Assembly: GCA_050084515.1 (NCBI GenBank)
Contig: CM114271.1
Span: forward strand, 31,000,001-31,064,000
Length of the DNA: 64,000 nt
Direction: 5' to 3'
Source of the DNA: Blasia pusilla
Lineage: Eukaryota
This document shows, one piece after another, positions 50,526 through 62,699 of this stretch. How positions within the stretch are numbered: the first letter of the stretch is position 1; the number at the start of each line of letters is the position of its first letter. The notes beneath the pieces are model-generated. The model had not been told where the DNA came from. It did not search any database and worked only from the letters and a program-made list of their open reading frames with translations. The translations under genes were made by a program, and so were the position numbers.

Positions 50526-53500
50526 GTGTTGATGTGGAATAAACGAAGCCTTTCAACAACAAAATATGTGAGTGCTCTACCAATTTGGGAGATGGCGGAC
50601 ATCATCAATATTGTGGAGACTTGGGAACATGAGAGCAATCCTATTGCAGAGATGCAAGGGTTTACTTTGGTGGGATCGACATGGAACCAAAGAAGGCAAC
50701 GGGCAGGAAGGGGTTATGGCGGTGTTGCTACTTTCATCAGGTCTCAATTTCTACCTCTAATACATCTAGAAGATCAAGATATCGGGGGCCAATATCATTG
50801 GCTACGTCTTGGTTTGGTTGGGGGATCTTATTGTTATTTGGCAGTTTGTTATTTTGCACCACTGTCCATGCCTATCTACTCAACATGCACTTACAATCGA
50901 AGTCAACCGTTCCATCAATTTATTGGGGATGTTCTCAAATATCAAAACAAAGGTGAAGTCTTTCTAGTTGGGGATTTCAATGCTCGCACACATTCTGCTC
51001 AATTTATCCAATTCAGTGATTCCTTGACTTCTCCTCTTCTCGAAGAACATGAGGATGGTTTGTGGTCTAGAATCTCTTCAGATCTTTCTACAAATCCTTT
51101 GAGAAAGCATTTTTTAAACTTTCGGAGCCACTTGTAATTTGAAAGTTCTTAATGGAACCTCTCATTTTCCTAACTCTCACTCCAATACGTGTTTCTCCTC
51201 TACCGGCGCTAGCACCATCGATTATTTTCTCTCCTTCCCCGCTAATAGCTCTCTTATCTCTACATTTGATATTCTAGAACCTCAGCCTGAATCAGATCAC
51301 GCACCTATTTTGTTTACTCTCTCACTATCAAAGGCGATTCCTCTTTTAACATGTCAATTTCTTTTAGCTTCTCCCAAGTTTCGCTTAGATCCTGGTAAAA
51401 AAGATCTTTATACGCTACATTTACAAGAACTCTTAACTCGCATTGTATGGAGCCTAGATCCACACACGGCAAGTTTGCAACTAATCGAATTGCTCAAAAA
51501 TACTGCATCTAAGTTCTTTTCGCGGCACAGGGACAAAAGTGCTAGGAGGCTACCTTGTAATGGGTGGTTTGACTTTGAATGCAAGCAAGCAAGGGTAAGA
51601 TCAGTAGATAAATCTTTGGATATCCAAAGTCGGATTATTATGACGAGTCTTTACAAATACTTGGTGAAATTTAAGAAACGAGCTTTCTTGTGGCGGAAGC
51701 AAGAGTCCTTGATAAGGGAGCTACATGACAACCCCAAATCATTTTGGAGACAGTTAGTAGTACGCTCTTCAAAACCTACTCTTAATCCCAAGTCTTTGAT
51801 ATCTTTTGCCGAAAAGTTTTATTTTTTCCCCGATGCTACATCTATGCCACGTTGTGAAGGAATACCTGGCTTATTCTCTGAAGTAGAGATGATGACTTAA
51901 CTAAGAAGATTAGCAACTGGTAAATGTGAAGATTTGGATGGTCTATCTATTGAACTTTTCAAGTGGGGAGGAGATTCTATTAGACCGATCCTCACCAAAG
52001 TATTGGGTGATGCTGCTATCTATGGTTTTCCTTCTACTTGGTCACTAAGGGGATTGTTCCTATTCATAAATCAGGAAGGAAGGACTTGGTGACAAACTAT
52101 CGCACTATCATGGTGGGTAGAGTTTTTGCTAAGTTGTTTGGGAAATTGGTGGAGTCAAAGTTGAGCGCATGGACAGAGTCTTTCCAAAAGAGAGCACGGA
52201 TCCAAGCTGGTTTTCGCCCAACATACAACACCATATCTTGGCCTTGCGTATTTTATGGGAGAAATCTAAGGGCAATGGGAAAGCTTTGTTTTGCGCTTTC
52301 ATCAATTTCAAGAAAGCTTTTGATACTATACCTCGTACGCTCTTATGGGATAGGCTACAAGCCATTGGAGTACCACCAAATCTCCTAGCAGCCATGGCCA
52401 CGTTATACCACTCCGTTCAGGCCAAGATCAAAGGTTCATAAACTCAAGAGATCTTGAGTATCATCGAAGTCATTCAAGGTTGCCCTCTCTCCTCTACTCT
52501 ATTTGGAGTTCTCATAGATGATATCGAAAAGTGGTTGGAGGAATGTGATAGTGAAGGTGTCAAGCTTGGGGACTTTGTCATCAAAGCTCCATTGTATGCA
52601 AATGATATCATATTACTAGCATGTGATGGCATTAGTTTACAAAAACACCTCAACACTTTGGTAAGGTTTTGTACCCAGAATCAGATGGAGGTTAATATGG
52701 AGAAGTCTAAAATCATTATAGTGGGTACAAGATCCAAGTTCTCATTCTTTTACAAAGGTCTACAATTAGAACAAGTGAAGAGTTACAAATATATAGGCAT
52801 CGATTTCTCTCATGACTATAGTTGAGCTTCTACTCTCTTTTGCACTCTACGTGCAAAAGAGAGTAGAAGCTGGTAACAAAGCTCTATATTCATTTTTAAA
52901 CCGGTGTAGAAGAGCTCATCTTGTGTCTTGGGGTCTTAGGAAATTCTTATTTAGGAGCTTAGTGTTGTCGGTGGTCTTATATGGGACCCAAGTTTGGGGC
53001 CCTAGTTGTAAGAAGACAGGTTGGGAGCGCATGGAGAGGGTGCAAAAGATCTTTCTACAAGAAGAATTGGGTGTAAGAAACCAAACTCCATATGCTATTC
53101 TTCTTGCGGAAACAAGTTGTCTTCCTCTAGAGCCTGAAGCTCTTTACTTGACCATCACTTACATCGCAAGGGTGAGATCTCTTGATGTTTCTTGCCTCCC
53201 TCATCAAGTTTTGCGAGCCACACGTTCCATAGGGTGGATGGCGGATGTGGTGACTTGGTCTTCAAAGTGGAATGTGGCCGAACGCGATTGGGACTTGAAA
53301 CCGATGGTGCTCCGCGAGCATCTACAGAAGCAATTTCTCAACATTATTTGGAGCAGCCCAAGCACCAAAATGGAGTTTTATCAACTTCATGTTAATCCTA
53401 TGCTTGTATATTGTGAACAAGGATACCTACTTGCGGGGATCTCCACGTTCTTAAGTCATATTATCGCACGACATAGAACTGGGTCTCATAGGCTAGGAAT

Positions 53501-53741
53501 TGAAGAAGGACGATGGTTTAATATTGATAGAAGTGAACGAATTTGTAAGTTATGTGAGGGAGAAAATATTGAGGATGAAGAGCATGTGTTTGTTACATGT
53601 CCAAGGTATGAAGAGATTAGACTAGGTCATAAAATACATGTGGAGAATTTCTATTCTTTACTACAGCTAGTGCCTTATGATTTAGGTTGTTATATTAGGG
53701 ATGTCATTATTCATCGCTCAAGTGCTCTAGGCAGTAGCTAG
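50526..53741 (+). pseudogene. LINE ORF2: AP endonuclease, reverse transcriptase, C-terminal CCHC; disrupted
   Basis: IVETW, GYGGVA, LVGDFNAR, STIDY, ESDHAPI; NYRTI, FINFKKAFDTI, QGCPLS, LYANDI, YKYIGI; RICKLC...EDEEHVFVTC. Confidence 0.93.
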
Positions 53742-54356
53742 GAGAAGGTCTTTAGGATCTTTTTCCGGGTCAGTGAATGAATAGCTTGTAATATATTTTT
53801 CAGCCTTTTGACCCTTTGGGTCCCACGGGCTTGATCTATTTACTATTTACCATTTATCATTTGAGAAGATGGCACTGATGGAGGGTCAAAACGCCCCGAG
53901 AATTCCACTCTGTCAATTGCGGACAATGGAGTACATCCGCGAAATTCCAATCGGAGGAGGACATTGCAAAGCTCAAACAGTCGGCAGCGACTACATCCTA
54001 CGTCGATAGCTTCCCTCCGTTCTATGTTCAGCCTTACGATGAACAAGGAGCCCAAGCGCTGGTGACGGAAGAGGACTTGGAGGCACTGGATACTTTCTGG
54101 AGGATGAGAGATCAGGAGTTCATAAGAGCGATTGAAGGAACCAAATTTAGCTGGATGCAAAACCTTTACTTCTTCATCTGGGATGGAAACCACACGTACA
54201 TGACATGAACGTAGTTTGCAGAGGAGCGCCCAAATTCATTGGAGACGCATTTTTGCGTGAAGGTAGTCGTGCTCTATCCATTTCCTCATCACATGGCAAC
54301 GGTGGAAATGGCTATGCATGCGATAAATACGTAAGTTTCCTCTTCCTTAAGTTTGA

Positions 54357-55110
54357 TTGCTTCAATCCGTCGGAGTCAAACGGGTTGAATAATTGGAAAG
54401 CTTAAAGATTTGAGTCTCTTGTGACCATCCTGTTTGTGGTCAATGTCATAGTCAAGCAAACCGTCAGAGTCCGACAGGTTGCTTGGTAGCCAAGCACAAC
54501 ATCGACAGGTGGAAAAATGAATGCATGATTTATTTGTTCTGCAATCCTTCGGACTCCAACGAGTTGCACAATGAGAGGTAACAAATCATTGGACATCTAA
54601 AAGCAACTCGTCGGAGTCCGACGAGTTGCTTGACTGTCCGGTATTTTTTGGATACTTTTGGCCGAAAGAAACTCGTTGGACTCCGACGGGTTGCATTTCC
54701 CCCCCTTCCCCGCCCCCCCAGGTTAGGTGGTCGGAGTATGAGAGCTTGCTTTAGCGTCCAATTGTAGCTTCACAAGGCATTACGCAACCCGTCGGACTTT
54801 GACGAGTTGATATGTGCAGTTTTTTCCCGGAAACCTATCCCCGAATAGAAGTCATTCTACAATCCCTTGGAGACCGACGGATTGTAACCAAGGACTAAAT
54901 CGGTTGGATGAAGGGACATAAAAAAAAAGAGTGCAACCCGTTGGACTTCGATGGGTTGCAATTCTCTCTAAAATTTTTCAGAGTGTTGCAATAAGTGTAA
55001 CACAAAGATAAGTGTTGTGACCCGTTGGACTCCGACGCGTTGCAACATTTATCCGTGTGTTTACCATTTCGACCCCCATGGGTTGACAGAATTGCGACCG
55101 GTCGGAGTCC
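54357..55110. repeat. Dispersed palindrome copies filling intron 1 of the ParB-MTase pseudogene
   Basis: CAAC(C/T)CGTCGGA.TCCGAC(G/A)GGTTG-type copies at ~54362, 54457, 54540, 54602, 54668, 54784, 54859, 54932 and 55017. Confidence 0.85.
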
Positions 55111-57247
55111 GGCGAGATCAGGAACCCGATAGCTTGCAGTGTTCTTACTTTGTGTTTGGATGTGCAGGATTGTATCCGAGGGGAATGTCACCCACCACTG
55201 GATCCAGGATTGCGACAGGGTGAAGAAGGTGCTTACGACGCACCCGAAAAAGTACAAGGGATTCCTGGGCGACGGTTTGGTGAATGAGATGCTCACGAAG
55301 GGAGCTCAAATAAAAAAAGAAGACTTGGGCAAATACCTCCATTTCCCAAGATGCAGCCGTCACAATCCTATGTTGGTCCAAGATCCAGGCTGCCAAGAAG
55401 AGTGCTTCGTTGGAACTGGAGCGAAGGGAGAACGTGTATGCGTCGGAACGTGCAAAGTTTATTCAGGCTGCCATATCTACAGCTACAAAGTACACTACAA
55501 GCAAGATGCAGCGATACATTACGATTCTCAACCCCGAACTTGGCCCAGAGTTTTACAAGAAGCTCAATGCGATAATCAAGCGCCTGCGGAAGAGATACGA
55601 AGATACACAAGGTTGGATTGGCGAGAAAGTGTCTCTGGACCGCGTGCACAAATTTGCGCTATCTAGGATATCCGAGTTTCGGAGAATCTGACTAATAAAA
55701 ATCAGTTTCGAGGGCACTGAGGCCCAAAATCGGGCGGCACACCATCCTCCGGGAGTTTCAGATCCAGTGATCGCCCATTGGCTACGGGAATGGTCATTCT
55801 CGGACGCGTTACACCTTCTCAAGAAGTCGATGCTTCTGGGTCTTCAAGCAGAGCTAAAGAAGATTGAGCCAGTTCCAGAGGAAGCAAACCTAGAGGCTGC
55901 AAAAGATTTTGAACTATGGCTTGATGACATCAGAGATAAGCCCATAAAAAACCTAGGATTCATGATGATATTCAAGAATCACATCTTCCCTCAGGCAGAC
56001 TTGGATGAGGAAATAGATGCCAAAAATGGGATTTTGCAAAGAAGAAGCGGGATCTTCAGGACTTGGCTGCCAAGTCATCTCGACAAAGAGCTGCCTAGCA
56101 GATGGTGTATAGGTACCTCATCAATTGTAAGAATGCAAGAACCTAGCAAAAATTACCAGCAACCTACAGATTGTGGGCTTCTCCGCCTGATGGAGAGGCA
56201 TTTTCCATGTATGACATGGAGATGGGACAAGGCATGTCCAACTGGGAGATTAACAATTGTCCAATCTGGTTGGACTTCAACAACCCATAGGACATTACAG
56301 ACAAAAATTTATGCGTGGTGTATGATGTAGTGGTCGTAGGTAGGGACGACATTCTGAACTTCATGCAACCTGACGATTTTTTCGAAGGAGATGCGGGGGA
56401 GCAAGCCCTCGAGACAATAGAGTTGGTGGGCAAGGTCGTCACTGCCAAAGACAAATCCACAGCGGGTTTGAGGAAGTCGAGGGGATCGAGGAATTCGAAG
56501 GCGGAGTCTTCCAGAAAAGAGGTTGAGTCCTCAAGGCGAAAGGCGGAATCATCCTGGCGAGCGGGGAGAGAGGGCCGGACTAGATCCTCGTCCAAGAAAA
56601 CTCTTGTGGAGTCTGAGGTAACAGAGACTCTCACAAGCCGACAGCAGACTCAGGAGAAGCGGAAGCGTAAGGCGCCTGGTTTATCCGAGGAAGGAGATAA
56701 GGATGTGGAATACACTCCATCATCCTTGGGCAGGCATGGGGAAACAACCACCAGGACAAATGTCCTTGTTCAATTGACTCATCTTGTCGATGAGCTGCAA
56801 AGTTTCAATTCTCAGGAGTCGACATCTGCCATCGAAAAGTTGACCGTGCAGGGACAAAAACTCCTTCGGAACGAGTATGCCCATTGGATGGTGCATGGGG
56901 TTGTTGAGGAGGTGGCGGTGAACCTCCTCATTGCGGATTTTCCTTTTGGATTTTGCTTGTGGGACAAAAATCCATCTGACACTGTCCCAGACTAGAATGT
57001 CCCGCTTTCGTACGACCAGATCGCGTGGTTGTTCTCTTTTACCGACGCGTATCTGAGTGAAAAGGGTTGTTTCTTGGTCCTCACTGGAGGGAGAAAAGAT
57101 GAGCTCTTCAACCTTCAGTGCGTGAAGAGGTTGCTGAAGTGGAGGACGGCGCAATTATGGGTAATTAAAAATGAGTGCCCACTCCAATCGGCGACGAGTC
57201 CAGTCCAGGTAAGTTCTCTTATTCAACGAATTTAGTTTAACAAAAAT

Positions 57248-57710
57248 TCAACCCATCGGATCCCTATAGCTTGTATCTGCGGTGTTGCAATCCGTTTGAA
57301 AGCGACGGGTTGCAAATTCACCAACAAGTCTCCATAGACTGCAACCCGTCGGAACCCGACGGGTTGCAAGTAGCACTGCTTTTCAGTGTATTTCTCTGGT
57401 AATGCAACCCGTCTGAAAGCGGCGGGTTTCTCTTATATTAGGAACTCAACTCTAAACAATTGTATTTAGTTGTAAGCCAACCATCGCACTCGAAACGGTG
57501 GAGCTTCTGTCCAGCAAGATGAGCAACCTGTTGGCTTTCGACGGGTTGCTCATGGCCAAAATGGGGTCTTAGAGTTGCAAGACAACTCGTCGGACTCCGA
57601 CAGGTTGTTGTTCTGTCAAGCCTATTGGCCCATTTCGGACGAGTTGGTAATTACTATGGACTAGTATGACGGGTTGAAAAGCAACCTGTCGGATCCCGAC
57701 AATCTGCACA
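57248..57710. repeat. Dispersed palindrome copies filling intron 2 of the ParB-MTase pseudogene
   Basis: For example TGCAACCCGTCGGAACCCGACGGGTTGCA at ~57340; others at ~57249, 57286, 57403, 57522, 57582 and 57680. Confidence 0.85.
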
Positions 57711-58684
57711 TTGTGTCAGTTTATGGAGAGTATACCAGCGGTCTACTAGCTTTTTCTTTTTGCTGACATTAATTTTTACATGCTTGTTACAGATAGACCA
57801 CTCATTTATCTATTTCTTTGTAAGTCCCAAGCATAACTTCCAGGTGTTCCAGTGGATCCATGCTCCGATGGGTACAGCTAAGATAGTCTCTACAATTCCC
57901 AGGGAATTTACATGCAAGACGGGACCCCCTTACTTGGAGGGAGGGAAAAGTCACCTGCCTTGATGCAAACGCTCATCGAGCTTGGTTCGAGGTCGGGTGA
58001 CTTGGTCTTTGACTTAGTGGGCCTATTAGAGGCGCTTGGCATAGTGGCAGGAACATTCTCTGCCTTGAGGGAAGGCCGGAACTTTTTGACCTTTGCAAAG
58101 AGGCAAAGGCGGATTATGAGAGGCTAGTGGGAGTATACAACTCTCCTTCAAAGCCAACAGCTCCGGTTCCAGAACCACCATTGATAGTGACACCATCGTC
58201 ACTTCCTACTATTCCAAAAATCGGGAGGGCAAAACCGAGAGTAATTTTGGAAGAGCTATCGGACGATGACGAGTGAGTTCAAAGATTCATTGGACCCATC
58301 TTGACGGAAGCGTTTTGGAGTAGGGATTTATTGCTTTCCAAGGACGGAGCAGATATTGATACTGGATGGATGTCACCTTGTAGAGCATACAAGATTTACT
58401 ACCGAGGAAGGCGTTGGGACTCAAATCATTTTACATGGGACCGTTTTGGTGTACCTAGGGGGGGCCAAGGCTCTCAAATTCCCCAATATTTTCGATCCCC
58501 CTCTACAATTGGCCAGTGGAGCCACTTGTATCCCAAGACATTCTTTTATACAAGAACCTAGGAAAGCTAGGAGTAAATTTGTAGATGACGAGGCTGAAGA
58601 AATCATAGACTAGATCAAATGTACATTTCCGAGCTTTCCTCGGATGTAATAAAGGATACGAAGTTTTTGAACCATGATGGTTTT

Positions 58685-61600
58685 TGCAAAATCCTAAATC
58701 TGACATTTCAAACTCAGATTTCAACACTCCCTTTATTTCCTCTATTTTCTTATTGTGGTCTCCTGTGATGATAAGATCATCCACATACAGGACTATCAAA
58801 ATATACATCCCATCTTCGCAAAACACATACAAATTTTCTTCCGACGGACTCTTGATGAGACCCTTCTCTCGAAAAATGTATCTATTTGTTGATACTATAA
58901 CCTTGGGGCTTGCTTCAACCCATACAATGCTCGATGAAGTAAACATATTTTCTCTTCTAATCTCAGTGTCTCAAAACTTGGTGGTTGAGATACATACACC
59001 TCCTCCTTGAGACTCCCGTTCACATCGTATTGGTATACATGCCAACAACTTGTTCCAGCAACCGCTAGAACAATTCAACTGGTTGTCATCCTTGAAGTAG
59101 GAGCAAAAGTCTCATAGTAGTCAAAACCTTTGATTTGTGAGCATCCTTGTGCAACCAACCTCGCTTTGAATTTATCCAATGTACCGTATGACTTGTACTT
59201 GGTCTTGTACACCCACTTGGTGCGTATTCTCTTCCTGTCCTTTGGCTTCTCAACCAAAGTCAAAGTTTCATTTCTCTGAATAGCGTCCATCTCCATCTGC
59301 ATGGCCTCTCTCCATTGAGGATGAGCAAGGGCCTCATCCAAGCATGATGGCTCTTCCACCTTCAAGACCTATGTCATCAAGGCCATGTTGACGAGATGTG
59401 CGGAAGCTCTATTCTGCTCTTCTAGTCTCTTGGATCTCCTTGGATGTGTAACAACTTCATCAGTTGTTGGTGGATCCTTACCATCCAAGAGCTCCTTTAT
59501 CCACTTAGGGTATGACGACCGTAGTGGAAGAGCACGCTGCTCTCTGTAATCATCACCAAATTCTTCTTCTTGAGGATCTGGTGTAAACATTGGTGGTGTG
59601 CTCTGGTGGGTTATCTCTTTGTTTGATGATAATGTGGACGGACCACTGATATCCGCCACTTGACGAGGCTGTTCCTAGAACACCATATCACGACTCACAA
59701 GCATCATCTTTGCCTCAGGACACCATAGGCGATAAGCTTAGGATTCATCACGCTATCCCATAAAGGTGCACTTCTTGCTCTTAGACTCCAGCTTGGTCAT
59801 GGATGCTTCAGGAATATGTACAAAGCACTCACTACCAAAAGTCCTAAAATGTTGGACTGATGGTACCTTACCTGAGTATGATTGATGAGGAGTCATGCCT
59901 TACATTGACTTGGTAGCACTTCTATTTAGAATATAAACGACAGTATTAACAGCTTCAGCCCAAAATCCTTTTGTCAAATCCTTCTTTCATCATACATCTT
60001 GCCATCCCCACCACTTTACAGTTTTCACGCTCAACAACTTCATTTTTTTGTGGTATATGTGTTGTGGTTAACTGTCGCTTGATTCCATGCTCCCCCAAAT
60101 ATTTGTTGAATTCTGTTGATAAGAATTCTCCTCCTCGATTGGTGCAAAGCTTTTGAACCTTCTTTCCTGTCTCATTCTCAACCAGCTTGTGCCATACTTT
60201 AAATTTTCCAAAAGCACTTACCTTATCACGAAGGAAATATACCCACATCTTCCTACTATAATCGTCGATAACTAAAAAGAAGTAGAAAGAACCACCTAAT
60301 GCCATTGTTCTCATTTTACCACAAAGGTCAGCATGAATGAGCACTAGAGGAGCCTTTGCTCTCTTGCTGGACCCTTGTGGAAATGGTTGTCGGTGTTGCT
60401 TGCCCATCATACAAGCTTCACATGTATCCGACACTCTAGAAATTGTTGGTAAATCAACAACCATGCTAGATTTCTCCATCTGACTTACTAAGGGAAAGCT
60501 TAGGTGACCAAATCTTTCCTGCCACAACTTACTACTACTAAGATCTGTACCTACACTTGTCGTGAAAGCATACAACTCGTAGATATTTCCACGTTGTATA
60601 TCTTCATCCACTACTTTCCCATTGGCATCCTCAATGACTGCTCCAGTTTTCTTGAAACAAACTTCTAGGTCACGATCACATAATACTATTAAGCACCCAT
60701 GCATCTTCACTCTTTGACTTAGTGGAATGTTCTGCCTATGTGCAAAACTCTTCGATTGCTACCCAAGCATCTACTTCATGTTCTCCTAGTTCTACAGAAT
60801 TTCCAGACTCCTTCTTAGGTCTTAAACAACCGTTCTTCTCATCCTGACTCCTCTTTCTACAATCTTTGATAAGAGGACCTAGCTTACCACAATAAAAGCA
60901 TTTGAAGGCTTTCCTTGGAAATTTCTTCTTGACATTTGAATTGTAATCCTGATTTCTACCTCTGTGTACGTTGGTAGTAAATGTTGCATCACTTCTCTCT
61001 CTTGCTTTGAAGCGCATTTCCTCTTCTACCAACATTGCACCAAATTGTTCAAAAGTAAGCAGGGTGGATTTTACTTGAGTATTCAATGCCATGACCAAAC
61101 TATCATACCTTGGAGGCAAAATCCTTATGCACCGACGTGCCAAATCTTTGCTAGACTTTGAAATTCCTACGAATGCCATCTGATCTTGAAGATTCTTGTT
61201 CCTTGTCAAAAATTGCTCCGCACTTTCTCCTTTTGAAAATTTCTCAGACGTGAGCTGATTCTCTAGATTCTGAATCCAACTCTCATTCCTCGTTTCACAC
61301 TGATTCTTCAGAATATTCCACGCCTCAGCAGCAGCGGTTATATGTTGAATGAGAGTCATGACAAAATCAGTTACATTCCTGACAATCGCATATAGAGCAT
61401 TAGCATTTATGTGTTTCCATGCCAGCAATACAACAAGATCGATATCCCCAGATGAAGATAAACATGCAAAATTCAAAGTAGCTTGTGGATTCGAATTGAT
61501 CCTTGTGGCCATCTCCCAGATCTCAAATGATTCGAGGACAGTTCTCATTTTGAACTTCCACAATGTATAGTTAGACCCATCTAACTTCCCTTCACCCAGC

Positions 61601-62050
61601 GGAGGAGGGCGAGCACGAACTGACGAAGAAGTAGCAATCTCTCAAGATTTTGTGCAAACACACTAGATCGCCAGATACAAAATACTGGAAAATCTACTGC
61701 TCTGATACCATGTGAGAAAACAGAAAGTGAAAAAATCACATAAATCTTTACAAAAATTAGAGATACAAAGTGACCTAGTCCGTCCGTACGCTCACACAAG
61801 AGCTTCGATGAAACCTGAACATGGAGATAACTCGATATACGAGAATCCGCTACCGCTGCGGCTCCCGACTATTTCACTACTCGGGAAACTAGGGTTTTTA
61901 CCTATTTTTCTTCATTTCTATTAATAGAAAATTTCTATTAGTAGGGTTAGATAATCCTAGTAACGCAACTCCTGAAACCACTTACGTCATATTCCTATGA
62001 CTCCTTTGACGTCTAAGTCGAAACCATCAATGTAGGCTTCTCCTCATACA
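58685..62050 (-). mobile_element. Ty1/Copia retrotransposon, 3'-truncated and internally deleted (5' LTR ~61711-62050, gag, integrase, partial RT)
   Basis: PBS TGGTATCAGAGC; gag WKFKMRTVL and CFYCGKLG knuckle; integrase LIHADLCG, VIDDYSR, NRGGEF, VVEREN; RT KWVYKTK, KARLVAQG, LYVDDLII, EFEMSDLG. Confidence 0.92.
61699..61710 (-). other. Primer-binding site (initiator Met tRNA) of the Copia element
   Basis: TGGTATCAGAGC immediately follows ...CTCACA (LTR end) on the minus strand. Confidence 0.9.
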
Positions 62051-62059
62051 AGTGGGCCG

Positions 62060-62699
62060 ATGAGATTAATGGTGCTGAGAGAAGTGGATGTTGAGAATCC
62101 AACATCATCATCTAATATAGTAATAGGACTCCCTAAATTAGCGAGTCTTGCTACGTTAGAAGTATGTCCTACTTGCCAATTTGGAAAACAAGCTAGATTT
62201 CTTTTTCCAAAGCAAGGTAGAGAAGCATCCAAGATATTGGAGTTGATCCACAGTGATGTGTGGACATATGAATCTCCAAAGATTAGAGAGTCTTTCATCA
62301 TCTAATATAATAATAAGACTCCATAAATTAGCGAATCCTGCAACGTTAGAAGTATGTCCTGCTTGCCAATTTGGAAAACAAGCTAGATTTCCTTTTCCAA
62401 AGCAAAGTAGAAGAGCATCCAAGATATTGGAGTTGATCCACAGTGATGTGTAGACAGCATCACAACAAAACCTTAGTGGTTGCCAGTACTTTGTTTCATT
62501 TATTGATGACTTCTTTAGGTCTATATGGGTATAATTTTTGAAAGCCAAGTCAGAGGTATTCTCAGTGTCCCAAACATTCAGAGTTCTAGTAGAGAAGCAG
62601 CCTAAACAACACATTCTGAAATTGCGTTGTGATGGAGGAGGAGAGTATCTTTCAAAACAGTTTGATGACTATTTACGTCAGAATGGCATCCAACGTCAG
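62060..62699 (+). pseudogene. Fragment of a second Copia integrase, with an internal tandem duplication at 190-bp offset
   Basis: VCP(T/A)CQFGKQAR..F...LELIHSDV occurs twice (from 62106 and 62296), then YFVSFIDDF and LRCDGGGEY. Confidence 0.85.

Larger units (their letters stand above)
48992..53858 (+). mobile_element. Full-length non-LTR retrotransposon (LINE, RTE-X-like), degenerate
   Basis: TSD ATTTGAG (48985-48991, 53859-53865); ORF1 plus APE-RT ORF2; 3' tail of ATTTAC(T/C)-type repeats instead of poly(A). The clade call is tentative. Confidence 0.9.
48337..58613 (+). pseudogene. Spliced pseudogene: ParB/Srx-like domain fused to a beta-class N6A/N4C-type amino-methyltransferase. Exons ~48337-48991 + 53866-54330 (split by the LINE), 55168-57208, 57793-58613
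   Basis: IPLCQLRTMEYIREI.SEEDIAKLKQS and FFIWDGNH (ParB/Srx-like); VNLLIADFPFG (DPPY-like motif IV); EKSPALMQTLIELGSRSGDLVFD...SGRNILCLE (motifs X-I-II). GT-AG introns 54331-55167 and 57209-57792 keep the reading frame. Confidence 0.7.

Noticed and set aside
8764-58613. Functional link between the Gypsy C5-DNMT and the ParB-amino-MTase
   Set aside because: They sit in separate elements about 30 kb apart with a host gene between them; co-location in TE-rich DNA is enough to explain it.
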